Below are positions 50,917-64,000 of a stretch of 64,000 nt of DNA, piece after piece. This DNA is from Azolla caroliniana (Eukaryota; Plantae; Polypodiophyta). The notes under the pieces were generated by a model, which saw nothing but the letters and a program-made list of their open reading frames with translations, searched no databases and was not told where the DNA came from. Position 1 is the first letter of the stretch; every line of letters begins with the position of its first letter. The DNA lies in contig JBHGNT010000012.1 in assembly GCA_043228905.1 (NCBI GenBank), positions 248,001 through 312,000 on the forward strand, read 5' to 3'. The translations under genes and the position numbers were made by a program.

Positions 50917-52566
50917 GCAGCACTACGATAGTAGATAACCAGATTTGTCGTCGGTGTCTCGAACACACAATCATGAAGTCGGGTGGGCTTAGTGGATGTA
51001 CTAAACCACACAGTCTGATACCATGTTAATAATTAGGTAATTAAGCAAGGGTTAATTAACGTCTAATTATGTGAGTGGTTGATAACTAGAAGATTATGAG
51101 ATATGTGTGTGAGAGGAACAGAGAGAGAGAGAGAGAGAGAAAGTTACACTTATGAACAATAATATAAATGGGGGAGGATTAACGAGAGTGTATATTAAAA
51201 AGCATCATCAAATACAAAAATACCAACAATGAGGTATATATACATCTCATGTGCAAAGGTACACATGTGTGAGTGGAATATAGGTACAAAGGTGTAAGTC
51301 CTATATTAAATGAACATGGGAGTGGAGGATCTACAATGTATCCCATTCAAAGTACAAAATCCTATTTAAGGCTTTAAGGTCAACACACTAACTAGACTCT
51401 ATCTAGGTAACTACTAAGTTACGTGTGTTGACTAACTAACTAAATCTAGTTGAGCTTGATATCTCAACAGGCACCTTGTCCCTAAAAGAGTTCAATTTGT
51501 GTTGTCTAGTTTTACAACACCTAAGAGGATTTACCTTGCCAAATCAATTTATTGAAGTAGTGGATATATCAAGGTTTTGTATTGTCATCTTGTTTTAATT
51601 CAAACATAGATTTATGGAGAGAGAGAGAGATTATTATCATCGTTGAAGGTCAAATATGACCTTCAAGATAAAAAATATAACATTTCATGTAATGCATGTG
51701 AAAGTGAGTAAATGCTCTCGATGTTCAACAACTTCACTAATGAATGTCCCAATCTAGAGTGAACATTTTGATTGGGAGAGAAATTTGTGGAAGGATTCGG
51801 TTTGCAAGAGATGTTTGGAAAGCATTGTCGAATGTGATTGAAGGCAAAGCATTATACGGAAATTGTATACTTAGTCTCCTAGTTTGTTTATGGCAAAACG
51901 TTAATATGCTACTCTCATCACATGTACCCCAACGCCCATCTCACATCATAGTGAGTGTGAGCTAAGTTGCATGGAGGCAATGGTTCGGATGGTATACAAT
52001 GAGATTGGGCTCTAACATGTATTGATGTGTGCGATTTCTTCTTTTAGCAAAGAATATGGTTTTGTGGTTAGCTGCAAGTTGCAACATATGTGGTCATAAA
52101 GTGTGAAGTGTGAGCCTCCACATATTTCCCATGTCATGATATATTGGCATTGTAAAAAGGCCTCATTCAAAAAGTAATCTATTGATGCATAATGAAGTAA
52201 TTGTGCAACAACCCATACTCCAAACCATTTTTTTCATATTTTCTATTTTTTCTTCATGTGCTTGACCCCTCCATATCTCCAACTTCAACGTTATGATGAG
52301 TGTGATGATCGCGTTGGATTTGCAACTTGCAACGATTAGTTGCCACCTCCATTTGCTTTCAGAACTTGTTCTTGGGCTTCACGATCAGTCAAAGGTATAC
52401 AATCTAAATAAGATGAATATCGCGATGGATCTTTAATATAATATATACACCTTCTACATATATATTTTTCTGAAGAAAGGGTCCTTCCACTAGTTAGGTG
52501 TGTCTTTACAATTCGATATGTACACCACTAATGTAATCATAAACACTCAACAGTTCTATCTAGTAG

Positions 52567-52843
52567 TAGGAATTGAAAACAGTTCGTCTTAGACTTTAAT
52601 TGGTTTGGGAGACCAACTGGTTAAGCACAAACCGGTTTGGCGGTTTCCAAACCTAAACCGAATCGGTTTCTAAACTGTTTAGCCACGCGATTCTGGCTTG
52701 GTAACCGGTTTAGGCTTAACAATTTTGAGCAATCACAAACTGAGCTCAAACCGGTTAAGGAAACTCAAGCCTAAACCAAACCAAACCAAACCGCCAAGTT
52801 TGGCAGTTCGGTTTAGGCTTGAGCGGAGCCCTTGCCGATTCTA
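52567..52843. mobile_element. hAT-like MITE
   Basis: Ends taggaattg... and ...gcccttgccgattcta; many aaaccg/cggttt subterminal motifs; related to 1165-1320. Confidence 0.6.
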
Positions 52844-54799
52844 CCACATTACCCTATCTTGGCACACTCCTCTCTATTTTTGAGTGAACTCCTCTAGCCC
52901 TAAAACCCTAAACTCTAAACTTTCTACATATTTAACACCTTCCATGTACATAAAACAAGACACTAGGAAAGGAGATGGTTTAACAATGTTGCAGTAACCT
53001 GGTAATTTGTGGGAGTTTGATCAGAAACAGACCTTTTTGATTTGATTGTGAAGCGATCAAAACACATACAAGATATGGATTGGATTTGAGTCCAATCCTC
53101 TTCTTCTCAATTCGTGAGCAGATCATTCATTGATTAAAGCATTCACGCTTCCTTCGCTTCTCTCTGCAGTTTTGTTTTTGTAGTTTATTCAAATGGGCAA
53201 CAATATTCATCTGCTCAGATGCTCCCTGCTCAAGAAGCTTCCTTCAATGGTGGAACGTGGAGAGAGGTCGGTGGTATCTTTACAAGCTTGTTTTGCCTAG
53301 GTTAATGAACTCGAAGGCTTTTTTTTCTGGTAGAGAAAAGAAAAAGAACTGGTTTGTTCTTGCGTATGAGCATGTAGTGCATTTTTTTGGGTTCAATTCG
53401 AGGGGTTATGGTGGGCGAGCTGGCTTCTTTCAGCTGAATGGACCACAATTTAGACTCCATCGGTTTGGTTTTGTATGTGCCTTTCTGCCTCAGTCTTAGG
53501 AACCAGGGAGAGTTGCGGAGAAAAGAAAATGGCACTCGTTGATCCTACTTGTCAAAATGCCCAATCTCATGTGGTACAGTCTTTAGTTTTGGGATGATCC
53601 TGGTGAATGGTGTTCTGTTGATGCTATCTCATCTAACCAGTACCTTTCTTTCCATATACCACTAGGATTCGGAGCCATATTTTTGGCATTCGCAATATTG
53701 AATTCCTAACTGAGTTCTCCAGCATGAGAGGCTGAAAATTTATCCCATGTATTTCTACGCGCAAATATCAGTGCACATTTGAAGTGTGAAGATCTCTCAC
53801 AAGATAGTGTTTTCATGTGTATGTTAGCGCATGCTGAACTTCTGGGTGGAAATTAGTCATGCTGCTCAGGGTTGCCTGAATATATTACACTATTTCAGAC
53901 TTGCATACATGCTCATTTGGTATGGAAGGGCATAGCTCTTTTGTTTTAAAGGCTGGTTTACGAGTTGCGAGGCATGCTTTGGGAGTGTTTGTTGGCTTAC
54001 GACAAAATATGGTCCTTTCTGTACGAGGTGGACAATTTTGACCATGTTTTCTTTCATATATCAGCAATTTAGTTTTTAGGGTCATTAGACATGATGCATT
54101 CAATGGGCCAAGAAGAATTATGCTATACACAAACACAATATGTTTCTATGATTGTTTCTATCGGTTCATGATGCATTTCGGAATGTTGCTGCTGTCAAAG
54201 TATTCTAGGAGACTGTTTCTTCACTGCAACAGTCTTCAATCGTATTTGAACAGAGTTGATCCATACTCATAGCTTATGGGAGTCTTCTTCTGGTTCATCT
54301 TGTGATGTGCAACAACATTGCTACTGATTTCTTCGAGTTTGGGGACGTTTGGAACCTGCTCTTTGCAGGTGAATGTTGCACTATGCCATTATAGCCCTCC
54401 GGAGTGATTTCTTGCTGTGCATAAAACTTTTTATGCCATTATAGTCCTTATGTGCTGCCCTATGATCAGCCATATTTGTTGCAGCCTGTATGTGGCACTT
54501 TGTATATTATCATCTATAGTAATGTAAATATTTCAGTAAATAAGGGAGCAAGAGGCATTGGATATTCTCCGCTTAGAACACAAGATAGAGTTCTCTTAGC
54601 CATGTAATAAATAATAGAATTCTGTATATGTTTAGTATGCTTCGTAAACATCATGATCCAACTTTCATATAAGTAACAATGAATGGGAATTTCAACTAGA
54701 ATGAAATGAAATTGTAGTAGCATTATTGTTTTGGAGTAGCTGATGATTAGAAAGGAATAAGGAAAACTGAAGAAAGGAAAGCAATAATGATGATTGGGG

Positions 54800-57700
54800 T
54801 TAAGGCGTCCAAGGTGCGGGTGGAGGGGGTGAAGGTGGAGAGAGAGGAGGTAGGGCAGAGAAGAGGGTGTTCGTGTCGATAGTGCCAGTGTCACCGCCAG
54901 AGAGGGAAACAAGTGCAGCAGCAAGGAGGGCAGCCCCAGTGATGGTGGGCTCAGTGAAATTATAGTTGGATCGGATATCAGAGAAACGGTCTTGGGCATC
55001 AGGGCCGCCCACCATGGCACCCACCAGCACGTGTGGGTTGGGTGAGCTGGTTTGGAGGTACTTGAATCCTGGTGTGCATCCTTTGGAATTGACGTTGCTT
55101 GGAATTGATGATGCTCGATGGTGCACACGCAAGGGGTAGCGGTCGCCAAAGCCCACCACATAGCTCATGCTGTTGGGATTTTTGCCCAATATATAATCGA
55201 TCTGTGAAATAAATACAAGAGATTTTTTAAGTATAGTCAAGCTAGGATATTTTCTCACATTTTTGGGTCATGAATGATGGTACTAGCACGATCTCTCTGA
55301 GAGATAGTCAGTGTTATTTTGCGAAATCCTAGATTCATCAGTTATCTGTTAAGTCTGAATAAAGCTATCTAAATAAGAAATAGACAAGTTTTTGTGTTGT
55401 GCTCATATATATTCGTAATATTATAATTTTGAGATTGATTATGAAAAGCATGCACATGGCTACACACGCATATATTTTAAAGATTGAATGTTGTAAGCAA
55501 CATCTGGGCGAGTATACATGACATCATGTCTTGTTTTCCAGGTAATGTTTTGTAATGGATGTTACCTGTGATCTTGCAAAGTTGCGTAGTTCCGTTGATT
55601 TTAAAAAAGTGGGTCCACAAGTCCACCCTGGAGCACCTATTTCAGTTTGGTAATCAGCGTAGAGCGCTGCCAAAAATGCTGATGCGGCGTTATACTGCAG
55701 TGGTTGTGGTTGTCCATAAACAAACCACACCAACCCTCCTGGAACATCAACAATAATACATGATATATATTGAATTGATGTCACTTTAGTCAAATATAAT
55801 GCAGATGTAATTACCTTTAGTTACATTGAAGGATTGGAATTGAGGCAAGTACGCACACATATTGAGGTTGGTCTGGTTATTGTAGATTCGGAGGACGTCT
55901 TCATATGGATACCCCGGATTCATCATGACCCGAAATCGAGTTAAAATTAACTGCGAACAGAAGCATTTATAGGTACAGCACATAATTGCATATAGTAAAG
56001 TATTATTGGTGAGTGATCAAATTGTTAATGCCCTACCTGTGCACCAGGAATCTTATTGTCCCAATTGAAGACACGATTGTGCAGGCTGTTATCGATGGAA
56101 TTGGCATGTTGGGCCAATGTCAAGCTTGTGGCTAAGCTTATGTAGGAGGTATTGCCAGTGGCATAGTACATCCAGGCACTGCTCCACACATACTCGTCCC
56201 AGTAGCTGGAGGAGTTGTAAAAGTACTTTGCATCTGTCACACCTTCAGTGTAGCGGGCGCGTGGCCCTCGTGCAAATCGGTAGACTACTTCAGCTGCGTG
56301 AACCAACTCTTGGTGGTATTGTCGATTGTCCTTAAATACGATGGATGCTGCTGCCAGTGCTGCTGCCATCTCTGCTGCCAGGTCTGAGCATGCACTGCAT
56401 GATAATGCTGGTCGCTCATAATCCATGTCCTCTGGCCTCTCCCAGCAGCTATGGTCATTGTTTACACCTGCACCCTCGCCGCCGGTGTAGCCGATACCGA
56501 CCTGAATGAGATGAATTTTAATTCAGATGAATTTCACATGTAATTTGCAAAGCATGTTTTGCACAGCCTTTTTCATGCTTCTTAAATTGGGAGATAAATC
56601 TGCTGATTAATTGATTATTCCAGCAATGGGCAAGAACCAGCTTTTATTGTTTATATGGAAGGGCTGACTCAGGTGGGTTGGCTAGTGAAGAGCCAAGGAA
56701 GGATGATTTGTGTATCTGTAATGCAGATGAATAGTTCTAATACTCTGATATGACTGTCATGAGATTGAAATGCATATGAAAGCTCTTCATATTTGGGCTG
56801 TGGACTCGGGAGGAATATGTGGCTTCCACAACACAACTTTCAGGTTTTCTTTGAGAAAGTCAAAGCTTTCCATATTGTCCATAGGGCATTTTAGATACAA
56901 ATATTCTTTTGGTGAAGGTTTCTTACTGGTACGCTAAATTATTATTAGACTGAAAACCATATTGACCTGTGCATAAACTTGGTTGATGCTGTCAGCAGTC
57001 TTATTGAAGGTCTTGAGGATGTAGTCAGTGCCCCATTTGATGATATCCTGGATGTGGCTGAGCTCTCCCATGGCTTTGTACTTGGGGCCGTACTCAATGA
57101 CACTCCAACTGAGAACTGTCATGGCGAAGGCACCAGGGAACCCAAACTTGATGTTGTCTCCGGCATCGTAGTAGCCACCCGACAGATCTGCATTCGGCTG
57201 CCCATCACGCACTGCGGAATTGCCACGCCATGACACATTGTTGCTCTTGGGCAGCACACCCGCTGCACAAGCAATCCCAAAATATATTAAGAATGGGCAA
57301 CAAGCATAAAAATTGGATCATTGGTGGAAATATTGGGCAGTTAAGTTGTGCACAAGATATCCCTAAATATGTCAACGATGGTTAGTTAACAAACATAAGA
57401 ATTGGCTCATTGTTGGAATTTAGGCAAGCCACACTCTCCCTGATGTGAATGATATAAATAAATGAGAGCATGTGGGTGTGTGAAACTTGAAAATATTGGC
57501 ATTGCATAAAAATAAAAGAAACGATAAGACATTAAGTGCAACATAGATAATACACTGGAAGAACGAACCTGTCTCTTCGAAAGGGTAAAATATATTTTTC
57601 CAAAAACATCTATTTATTTTTAAGAAAAAGAACTGCTTTGAAATTTTTATTAGGACTATTAGGATGTCTGATCTTACTCTCGCAGCAGCATTCTTAGAGG

Positions 57701-58192
57701 CAGCCATTATTTAAAACCCCTTCTTATGAGGTGGATGGCCATGCTTATTAGAAGGCAGTATTTATGTTATGCCTTTCTTATTAGGTAGAGGGCTAATTGA
57801 TCAGACTCACATTTTTGAGCATCGAAGAAGCGTAGAACCTTATGGAGGGCCTGGGTATAGTTGTCTTCAGGGGGAGGTGGGGGGTGATGGTGTGGGACGA
57901 GCTTCACAACGAGGACAACAATGACAATGATGATAGTGGCAACGAGGAGAGCCAAGCCGATATACTTGAGTACCTTCTTGCTACAAACCATGCACCCGAA
58001 ATCGACATATTCCTTCCTTTTCTTTGCCTGCTCAGAGGGGCCAAGAAGCCAACTCCGTTGGGTGGCTTGATCTTCAAGGCGTTGTAAGGAGGCTCGATCA
58101 ACATCAGGGTCTGGGCGCCCCCGGCTCTCATCGTCGGTTACCGAATCGGCCACCTCGAATGCCGAGCCTCCCCAAGCATTATACCCCTGCAT
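54800..58192 (-). CDS. KOR1: Membrane-anchored endo-1,4-beta-glucanase, GH9A (KORRIGAN1-like), 6 exons
   Basis: N-tail SWLLGP and YVDFGC targeting motifs, TM helix, SWRGNS...[55 protein letters not shown]-terminal PPPPAPWTP. Confidence 0.93.
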
Positions 58193-61100
58193 GATCTAAT
58201 CTTTGTATAGACTCTTGATATATATCTGTTTTGCCTTTGGATGATGCACCTGATTGATTTTGCAATGCTATGTTTATCTATTTGTGGTCAATTGGCAGCA
58301 GCAATTGTTAGAGCTAATTTCATGGTCTATATACATAATATGTATGTACTGTATAAACTATTGCCTTGCCACCTGCTTTGATCTCTGCAGACCCTCTCTA
58401 CTATTCCTGATCTTTGAGAGAGAGAGAGAGAGAAGTGATGACCTTCCTGACCAAGGTACCTAGCCAATAGCACATTTGTATATACATACATCTCTCTCTC
58501 TCTCTATATATATATATATACATATATACACACATATATATATAAATATACATACATACATACATACATGCATATATATATATATATATTTATACTGGTC
58601 TTTTTTTCCTTCGTATGCTTTGTCCATATCAGGATTTGTCTATATGGGTGTGTATATTTCTCTTAGTATTTGTATATATTTCCTCTCTTACCATCTTTCC
58701 TGAGAAAGAGGCCACATGGCACCACACCGGTGACATTGGATTCGTTGCATGATCAACATATGCATATGTAGCCTGTTTTCTTCTTGAAAGAGAGAGGGGT
58801 GGGGCAGATAGGCTCAGATCTCCAGAGGAAGAAGCTTGTTAAAAATAGGGGCAGGAAAGGGAGAAAAAGAGGAATGTTGACTTATTGATGCACGAATCTT
58901 CACGGTTTTTGTCATATGTATATATTCATCCCAGTTCAGAACTGAGCAGTTTTTTCTTTTTTCTTTTTTCTTTTTTCTTTTTTCCCTTTTCTTCTGTGAG
59001 TTCGAAAACAAGTATAAAACCATAATTTCTCTTTCTCTCTCTCTCTCTCACACACATCTCCTTGTCTTTCTGATGTACAGAGTTTCTATGGGGGATTAAT
59101 TACTAGTAACTGCTTGGCCTCATCATCAATCAGACAGACAGGTGAGCTGTCTCTTCTCCATTACCCCTCTCATTCACACGGTTTCTCTCCATTTCTTAAT
59201 TCTTATTTGCTTTGAATAAAAGGAATTGGGCACCCCCTCCATTGACTTGTAAGCCTTGGCAAGCCTTTATTTATTTAGTATTGACTCATTCCTGACCACT
59301 TAAATCTTTCTTCGAGCCCATTGACACGTAACCACAATGTGCACACTTACTTGAGCGCCCATTTTGCTCTCCAATCAGTATCTTCAAGGAGAAATTTATT
59401 GGTAGATCCATATGAATGAGATTATGAACAAGGGATCCACTATGATGTTATATCTAATTAAACCCTAGTTATCTTCACGTATAATGGAGCTTCACCATTG
59501 TTGTCTACTATCTAATTTACCCATGCCTTTCGAGGGACATGGAGCCTCACTTAATGCCGACTTTTAGATGATCTGCAAAATAAATTATGTGTAGGTTTGT
59601 ATCTTATGATAAGACATCCACAAATTGTCTTTGCTATAAAATGCTACCATTCGCCTTTTCAACTTGGCGAGATGCTTATGTATGACTCCGAACATTGTCG
59701 TATGAGCATGGCCAATGGATGGGCACCATGCTACATACCCCTAAGCCAATCTTGCTTATTGGATGATGGTATGGAGAGAAAAAACTCTCTTATGAAACAA
59801 TGTTGCCCTATGAAGCTTGCATACATAATAAAAAATTGTCACTCCTTGGCTCAAAAATACTCTCCTTCCTAACATACCTCGTATTCATAATTTATCGAGC
59901 AAATTATGCTAGCATTTAAAGAAAGAAATAAAAAATCATGAACGTGCACTTCATTTAAGCAATCACTTCACATGTCATTTTATTATTATATGCTCTTGTT
60001 ATGTTTTGTAATGGAAGAAAGTAGAATTAATACACAATAATCTTCAAGACCTCGCCAATCAAACATAGTAAAGGGACATGATTGATGTCTATATGATAGT
60101 TCTGCTTACATGTTGCACATGTCTTGCACACTATGGATAAGACTTCCTTGCACTTTCGCTATTGCAAAGCTAATCTTGGTCGTGAAGACAATTAGACACG
60201 ACGTTGGTCGAGAAGACATTTTCAATATTTGTGGGTGGTGGCATGCAATGAATCTCATCTTCAACCACTTCTCATACTTGTGGCCTTTTGAATTTTGGAA
60301 TATGATTTCTTTTAAGACATTCCTATTGTATGCGAAATCTTAATATTTGTAAGGTCATTGAAACATTGTATAAAGGTATTGCTTCTAATCGCCATTGTAA
60401 AAGTATAATACAATTCATCCCCCATGATGCCACACCCCCATGTTGGTTGACCTAGATTTGATGCAAGAAGTCATCCTCAAGGATGCCCAATTCCCATGTT
60501 TCTTGGCAACCTAGATCTAAATACAAGTGCAAAACGAGGAAAATTCAAAAGTTTTGCACATGCAATGTATACTGGTAAATAGGTCTATGCACAATAGCAC
60601 AACCTTTTGGGCAACTTCTCTTTTATTACACTTTTAAAAGGCAAAGACTCATGGGTGTTCATATGTAACCGAATTGATTGAGGCATGATACAAGTATGAA
60701 ATAAATAAAGCAGCATAGTATGGCATAAAAGTCATACATTTGAGATAAGTACATATAGTATTCCAAAGTGAACAATCATAAAAGACTAGTTCATGTTAAG
60801 AAGCTTATATTTCACTAGTCTAATAATAACTTGTAATCATCTAGAAGTTCACACGAGGGAACATTGACCCATGGTTGGGAAATCTACGCATTGAAGCGTG
60901 TGATGTTTATCATGCTTGATTTGTGATTCAAGCATTGTGAGCCTCTTCACAAGCCAAGCCAAGCCAAGCAAAGATAGCAAGACAACACTTCCAACTAAAG
61001 GAAATTTATGGTCACGTGTACAATCAAATTGCATGCATTGTCCTCCGACCATCCCATTCAAGGAAGTAAAATTTGGTGTGATGCATCGATTGGCCTATTT

Positions 61101-62369
61101 TACTTCCAAATACATGCCAAGTCTATGTCTAACATAAAATTGCAATACATTGAGAGGAAAATGCATCACAATCAATTCAATGTTAGAACTAATCTATCAT
61201 ACTTTTTGCTTAGAAAGATTCTAAGTTACTGTCTGCAATCAAACGAGGCAAAAACTTGCTAGGTAATGCATAACATCAACATCCTATGCCTCACACCAAA
61301 TCTTGGTTTCCAAATGAAAAATAAAGTTTTGGCTACAAATGCACGACTGTAACCTATCGTCGATTTTTTATATTTGAATCCTAAGTATTTTTGTACATGC
61401 CCAATTGTTTCCATACAATAATTTTGAATATTCTTTTATGTAAAATTTTCATTTTAGCTACTACTACTTGCAGAACAAGTGGATCAAATATTTTTGCGAG
61501 AGTTGTGCTTTTAAGGCTTCTAAATGAGGTTTTGATTTATAGTTATTTGTATATTAAATCTAAATTACAAAATATTTGCATAGGAGCAATATAGTTCTCC
61601 AACATTGTTAGTAGTAAAACATCACATCATGAAATTCACACATTATGAAAAAGTAGCTACGATTTTTATAATATGAATATTCAACAAATTTGATATTGTA
61701 TTTTATTTTATTTGTTAAGGGCTGTCAAATTTGATATTTCTCAAAACATAGAGATTTTCTGAAATTTGTTATAAGATGGATGGAAATTTGTAAGACATGT
61801 GTGCAACATTATTTGATTGCAATGGAACTGTGTTAGGAGGATGATAATTGTAATGGGATGTATCATATCATTTCTTGTAAGTGTCCCTTTGATAATTGAG
61901 AATTAAAGAGTGATGTATTGGTACAATTCCAAGTCAAGTTGAGCCATCTGATTTGATCGGGTCTTAAAATGTCTTTACCATCATCTTAACATCCAAGATG
62001 GGAAGATGGCAACACCTCCAAGCAAAGGAAATTATGATCAAATGAGTGTAAATTGACAAGTCGTAGGATCTTTAACCACAAAAGTACCAAATGTTGCAAT
62101 GTGGTGATATGATCAAATTTGGTCGAATGCGGTTTGATCAATCATGATTCTAATGTATTCATTAGTTTGTGTCATTGCTATTGTATATAATCAAATTCTT
62201 CAACATCTATGACACCCCCCTACTTAACTTTTTTGTTTTAAAAGAGGATTCACAACCTATGGGACTTGGATTCCCATGAATCATAACCCCTTTTTCTTGG
62301 GGTGGGCTTGAATCATACAATGTAACACAATCGGTCAAAGGCAAATGTAGGCATTGACCCTAGAGATGG

Positions 62370-62371
<2 letters not shown>

Positions 62372-62418
<47 letters not shown>
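62372..62418 (+). repeat. (CT)n microsatellite
   Basis: Uninterrupted CT dinucleotide run. Confidence 0.95.
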
Positions 62419-62421
<3 letters not shown>

Positions 62422-63039
62422 GACAACATTGAACAACATGGTCATGTCACTATCTCATAGATGTTGGAGCTCTCCATCAACGAGATGCTTCTGACACGCT
62501 CAATGACCAAGCTCCCGCATGAAATGTTTCCTAATTTAGTATCACTTTTTTATAACTAGTGGGAAACCTTGCGATGACATGAAAACCGATAAGAAATACC
62601 AAGGGGGGGGGGGTGAAGGAAGAGTGCACAGAAGAGTACGTTGATGTCGATGGTTCCCTTGTGACCGATCCATGTCACATCAATATGGTGGAAGGCTAAG
62701 TAAGTTGTAAGAACATCAATGATTGGTGTCTAATACATTTGGCACATTAATGTGGGTTTAATTAGCCCATACTACCCCTTATTATGTCATGATTAAATAT
62801 CATCAACCATCCTAGTAAACATGAATGTCACCTCACCACCAAATGAATATCATTTATTTCCCATGACTGATTTAATATTAATATACATTTGCTCAGTGAT
62901 GATTTGTGATGACAATAGACAAAAATTATAATCCCAATCATAGAACGTAATATTCATGTTCGTGCAAGCATTCAAACATTTGGAAACGAATACGTTTGAA
63001 ATGGGAAAAATAGATTCTATTTTTTATATTCTTTCGTTG

Positions 63040-64000
63040 TTATTACAATTCAGTTCACCCTAGTGGTAAGGAGTCATGCTTTTATTGTCTATGCCTTGGG
63101 TTCGATTCCCAATTTTCTCATCTCTCTCTCTCTCTCATTCTCTCTCATTAGTACCATGTCCTAACAAAATTTTATGTTAGTGTTATAATTGTTTTTTTTC
63201 TTTTCTTTTAGGGAAAAGTATCAAGATACCCTTGGAAGTTCATCTATTTACCAGAATGCCCCTAGAAGTTCCAAATTTACCAAACTACCCCTATGTCTAA
63301 AAAATTACACTTTATAAAGTAATTATACACTCAAATCTACAAGCCCTATTTACCAAAGATTTGAGTGTATAATTACTTTATAAAGTGTATTTTTTTGGAC
63401 ATAGGGGTAGTTTGGTAAATTGTGAACTTCCAGGGGCATTTTGGTAAATAAACGAACTTCTAGTGCTATCTTGGTACTTTTCCCTTTCTTTTATTATTAT
63501 TAGAATTAAGCACAACCTAGTGGTAAGTTGTTGTGCTACTATTACTTGTGTCTTGGGTTCAATTCCTAACTTTCTCATATCCTCTTGTTAGTGTCATGGC
63601 AAAATTTTATGTTAGTGTCATGTTCCTTTTTCTTCTTTTTCTTTCTTTCTTTGTTATTAGAAATTAGCTCACCCTTATGATAAGTTGTTATACTACTACA
63701 ACCTATGTCATGGCAAAATTTTATGTTAGTGTCATGTTCCTTTTTCTTTCTTTCTTTCTTTCTTTGTTATTAGAAATTAGGTCACCCTAGTGGTAAGTTG
63801 TTATGCTACTATTGCCTATGTCATGTTTTCTTCATATTCTCGAATATACGTTTGATATGTTTTTGATAGTTTCGTTTTTCTTTTCTTTTTTTCTTTCTTT
63901 GTTATTAGAAATTAGCTCACCCTAACGGTAAGTTGTTATGCTACTATTGCCTATGTCATGTTTTCTTCATATTCTAAAATATACGTTTTATATGTTTTTG
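63040..64000 (+). repeat. Tandem array of about 115-150-bp units derived from a tRNA-type SINE-like head
   Basis: Unit cctagtggtaag...tgtcatg...ttttctt recurs about 5 times; first two units have B boxes GGTTCGATTCC (63099) and GGTTCAATTCC (about 63556). Confidence 0.65.
63211..63484. mobile_element. Mutator-like MITE with about 128-bp terminal inverted repeats and a 9-bp TSD
   Basis: gggaaaagta.caagata... / ...tatcttggtacttttccc; tttctttta on both sides (63202-63210 and 63485-63493). Confidence 0.88.

Larger units (their letters stand above)
42745..51409 (-). mobile_element. Ty1/copia remnant: 5' LTR 51024-51409, tRNA-Met PBS, gag 43832-43242, integrase fragment 43030-42749; host of two gypsy insertions
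   Basis: TGGTATCAGA PBS next to the LTR; UBN2-type gag EKLDRSNYLSW...; integrase HSDVW...YYVTFIDDYSRYTWIFLMKKKSEV. Confidence 0.85.

Noticed and set aside
52880-54420. Possible spliced gene or lncRNA convergent with the GH9 gene (telo-box, splice-like sites)
   Set aside because: Could not assemble a convincing ORF or recognise a product; needs RNA-seq
54514-55161. 215-aa minus-strand ORF
   Set aside because: Alternative frame over the last GH9 exon and its 3'UTR

Overview
Land-plant nuclear DNA, most likely a fern (inferred from the long PLS-PPR gene and the LTR lineages). Left arm (1-24.9 kb): a tandemly duplicated plastid AhpC/TSA (AAED1/PRXL2-like) gene, an organellar, probably mitochondrial, HSP90, PGR5, a single-exon PLS-class PPR-E gene, and two tandem copies of an unrecognised two-exon gene encoding a signal-anchored cupin-like protein. 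Centre (24.9-51.4 kb): a nest of at least seven LTR elements or remnants, three with intact target-site duplications. Right arm: a KORRIGAN-like GH9A endoglucanase on the minus strand, MITEs and a SINE-derived tandem array. Main points of interest: (i) a 2.2-kb non-autonomous LTR element with a tRNA-Arg-type PBS after its 5' LTR and, where the polypurine tract should be, a sense copy of a tRNA-Arg 3' end including CCA, suggesting possible tRNA priming of both strands; (ii) the duplicated cupin gene under purifying selection, with a bacterial-looking domain and an RRxL cleavage site; (iii) a Tcn1-like chromovirus whose LTRs carry a tRNA-like A/B-box module and a self-priming PBS. All family assignments come from motif recognition; no database searches were run.
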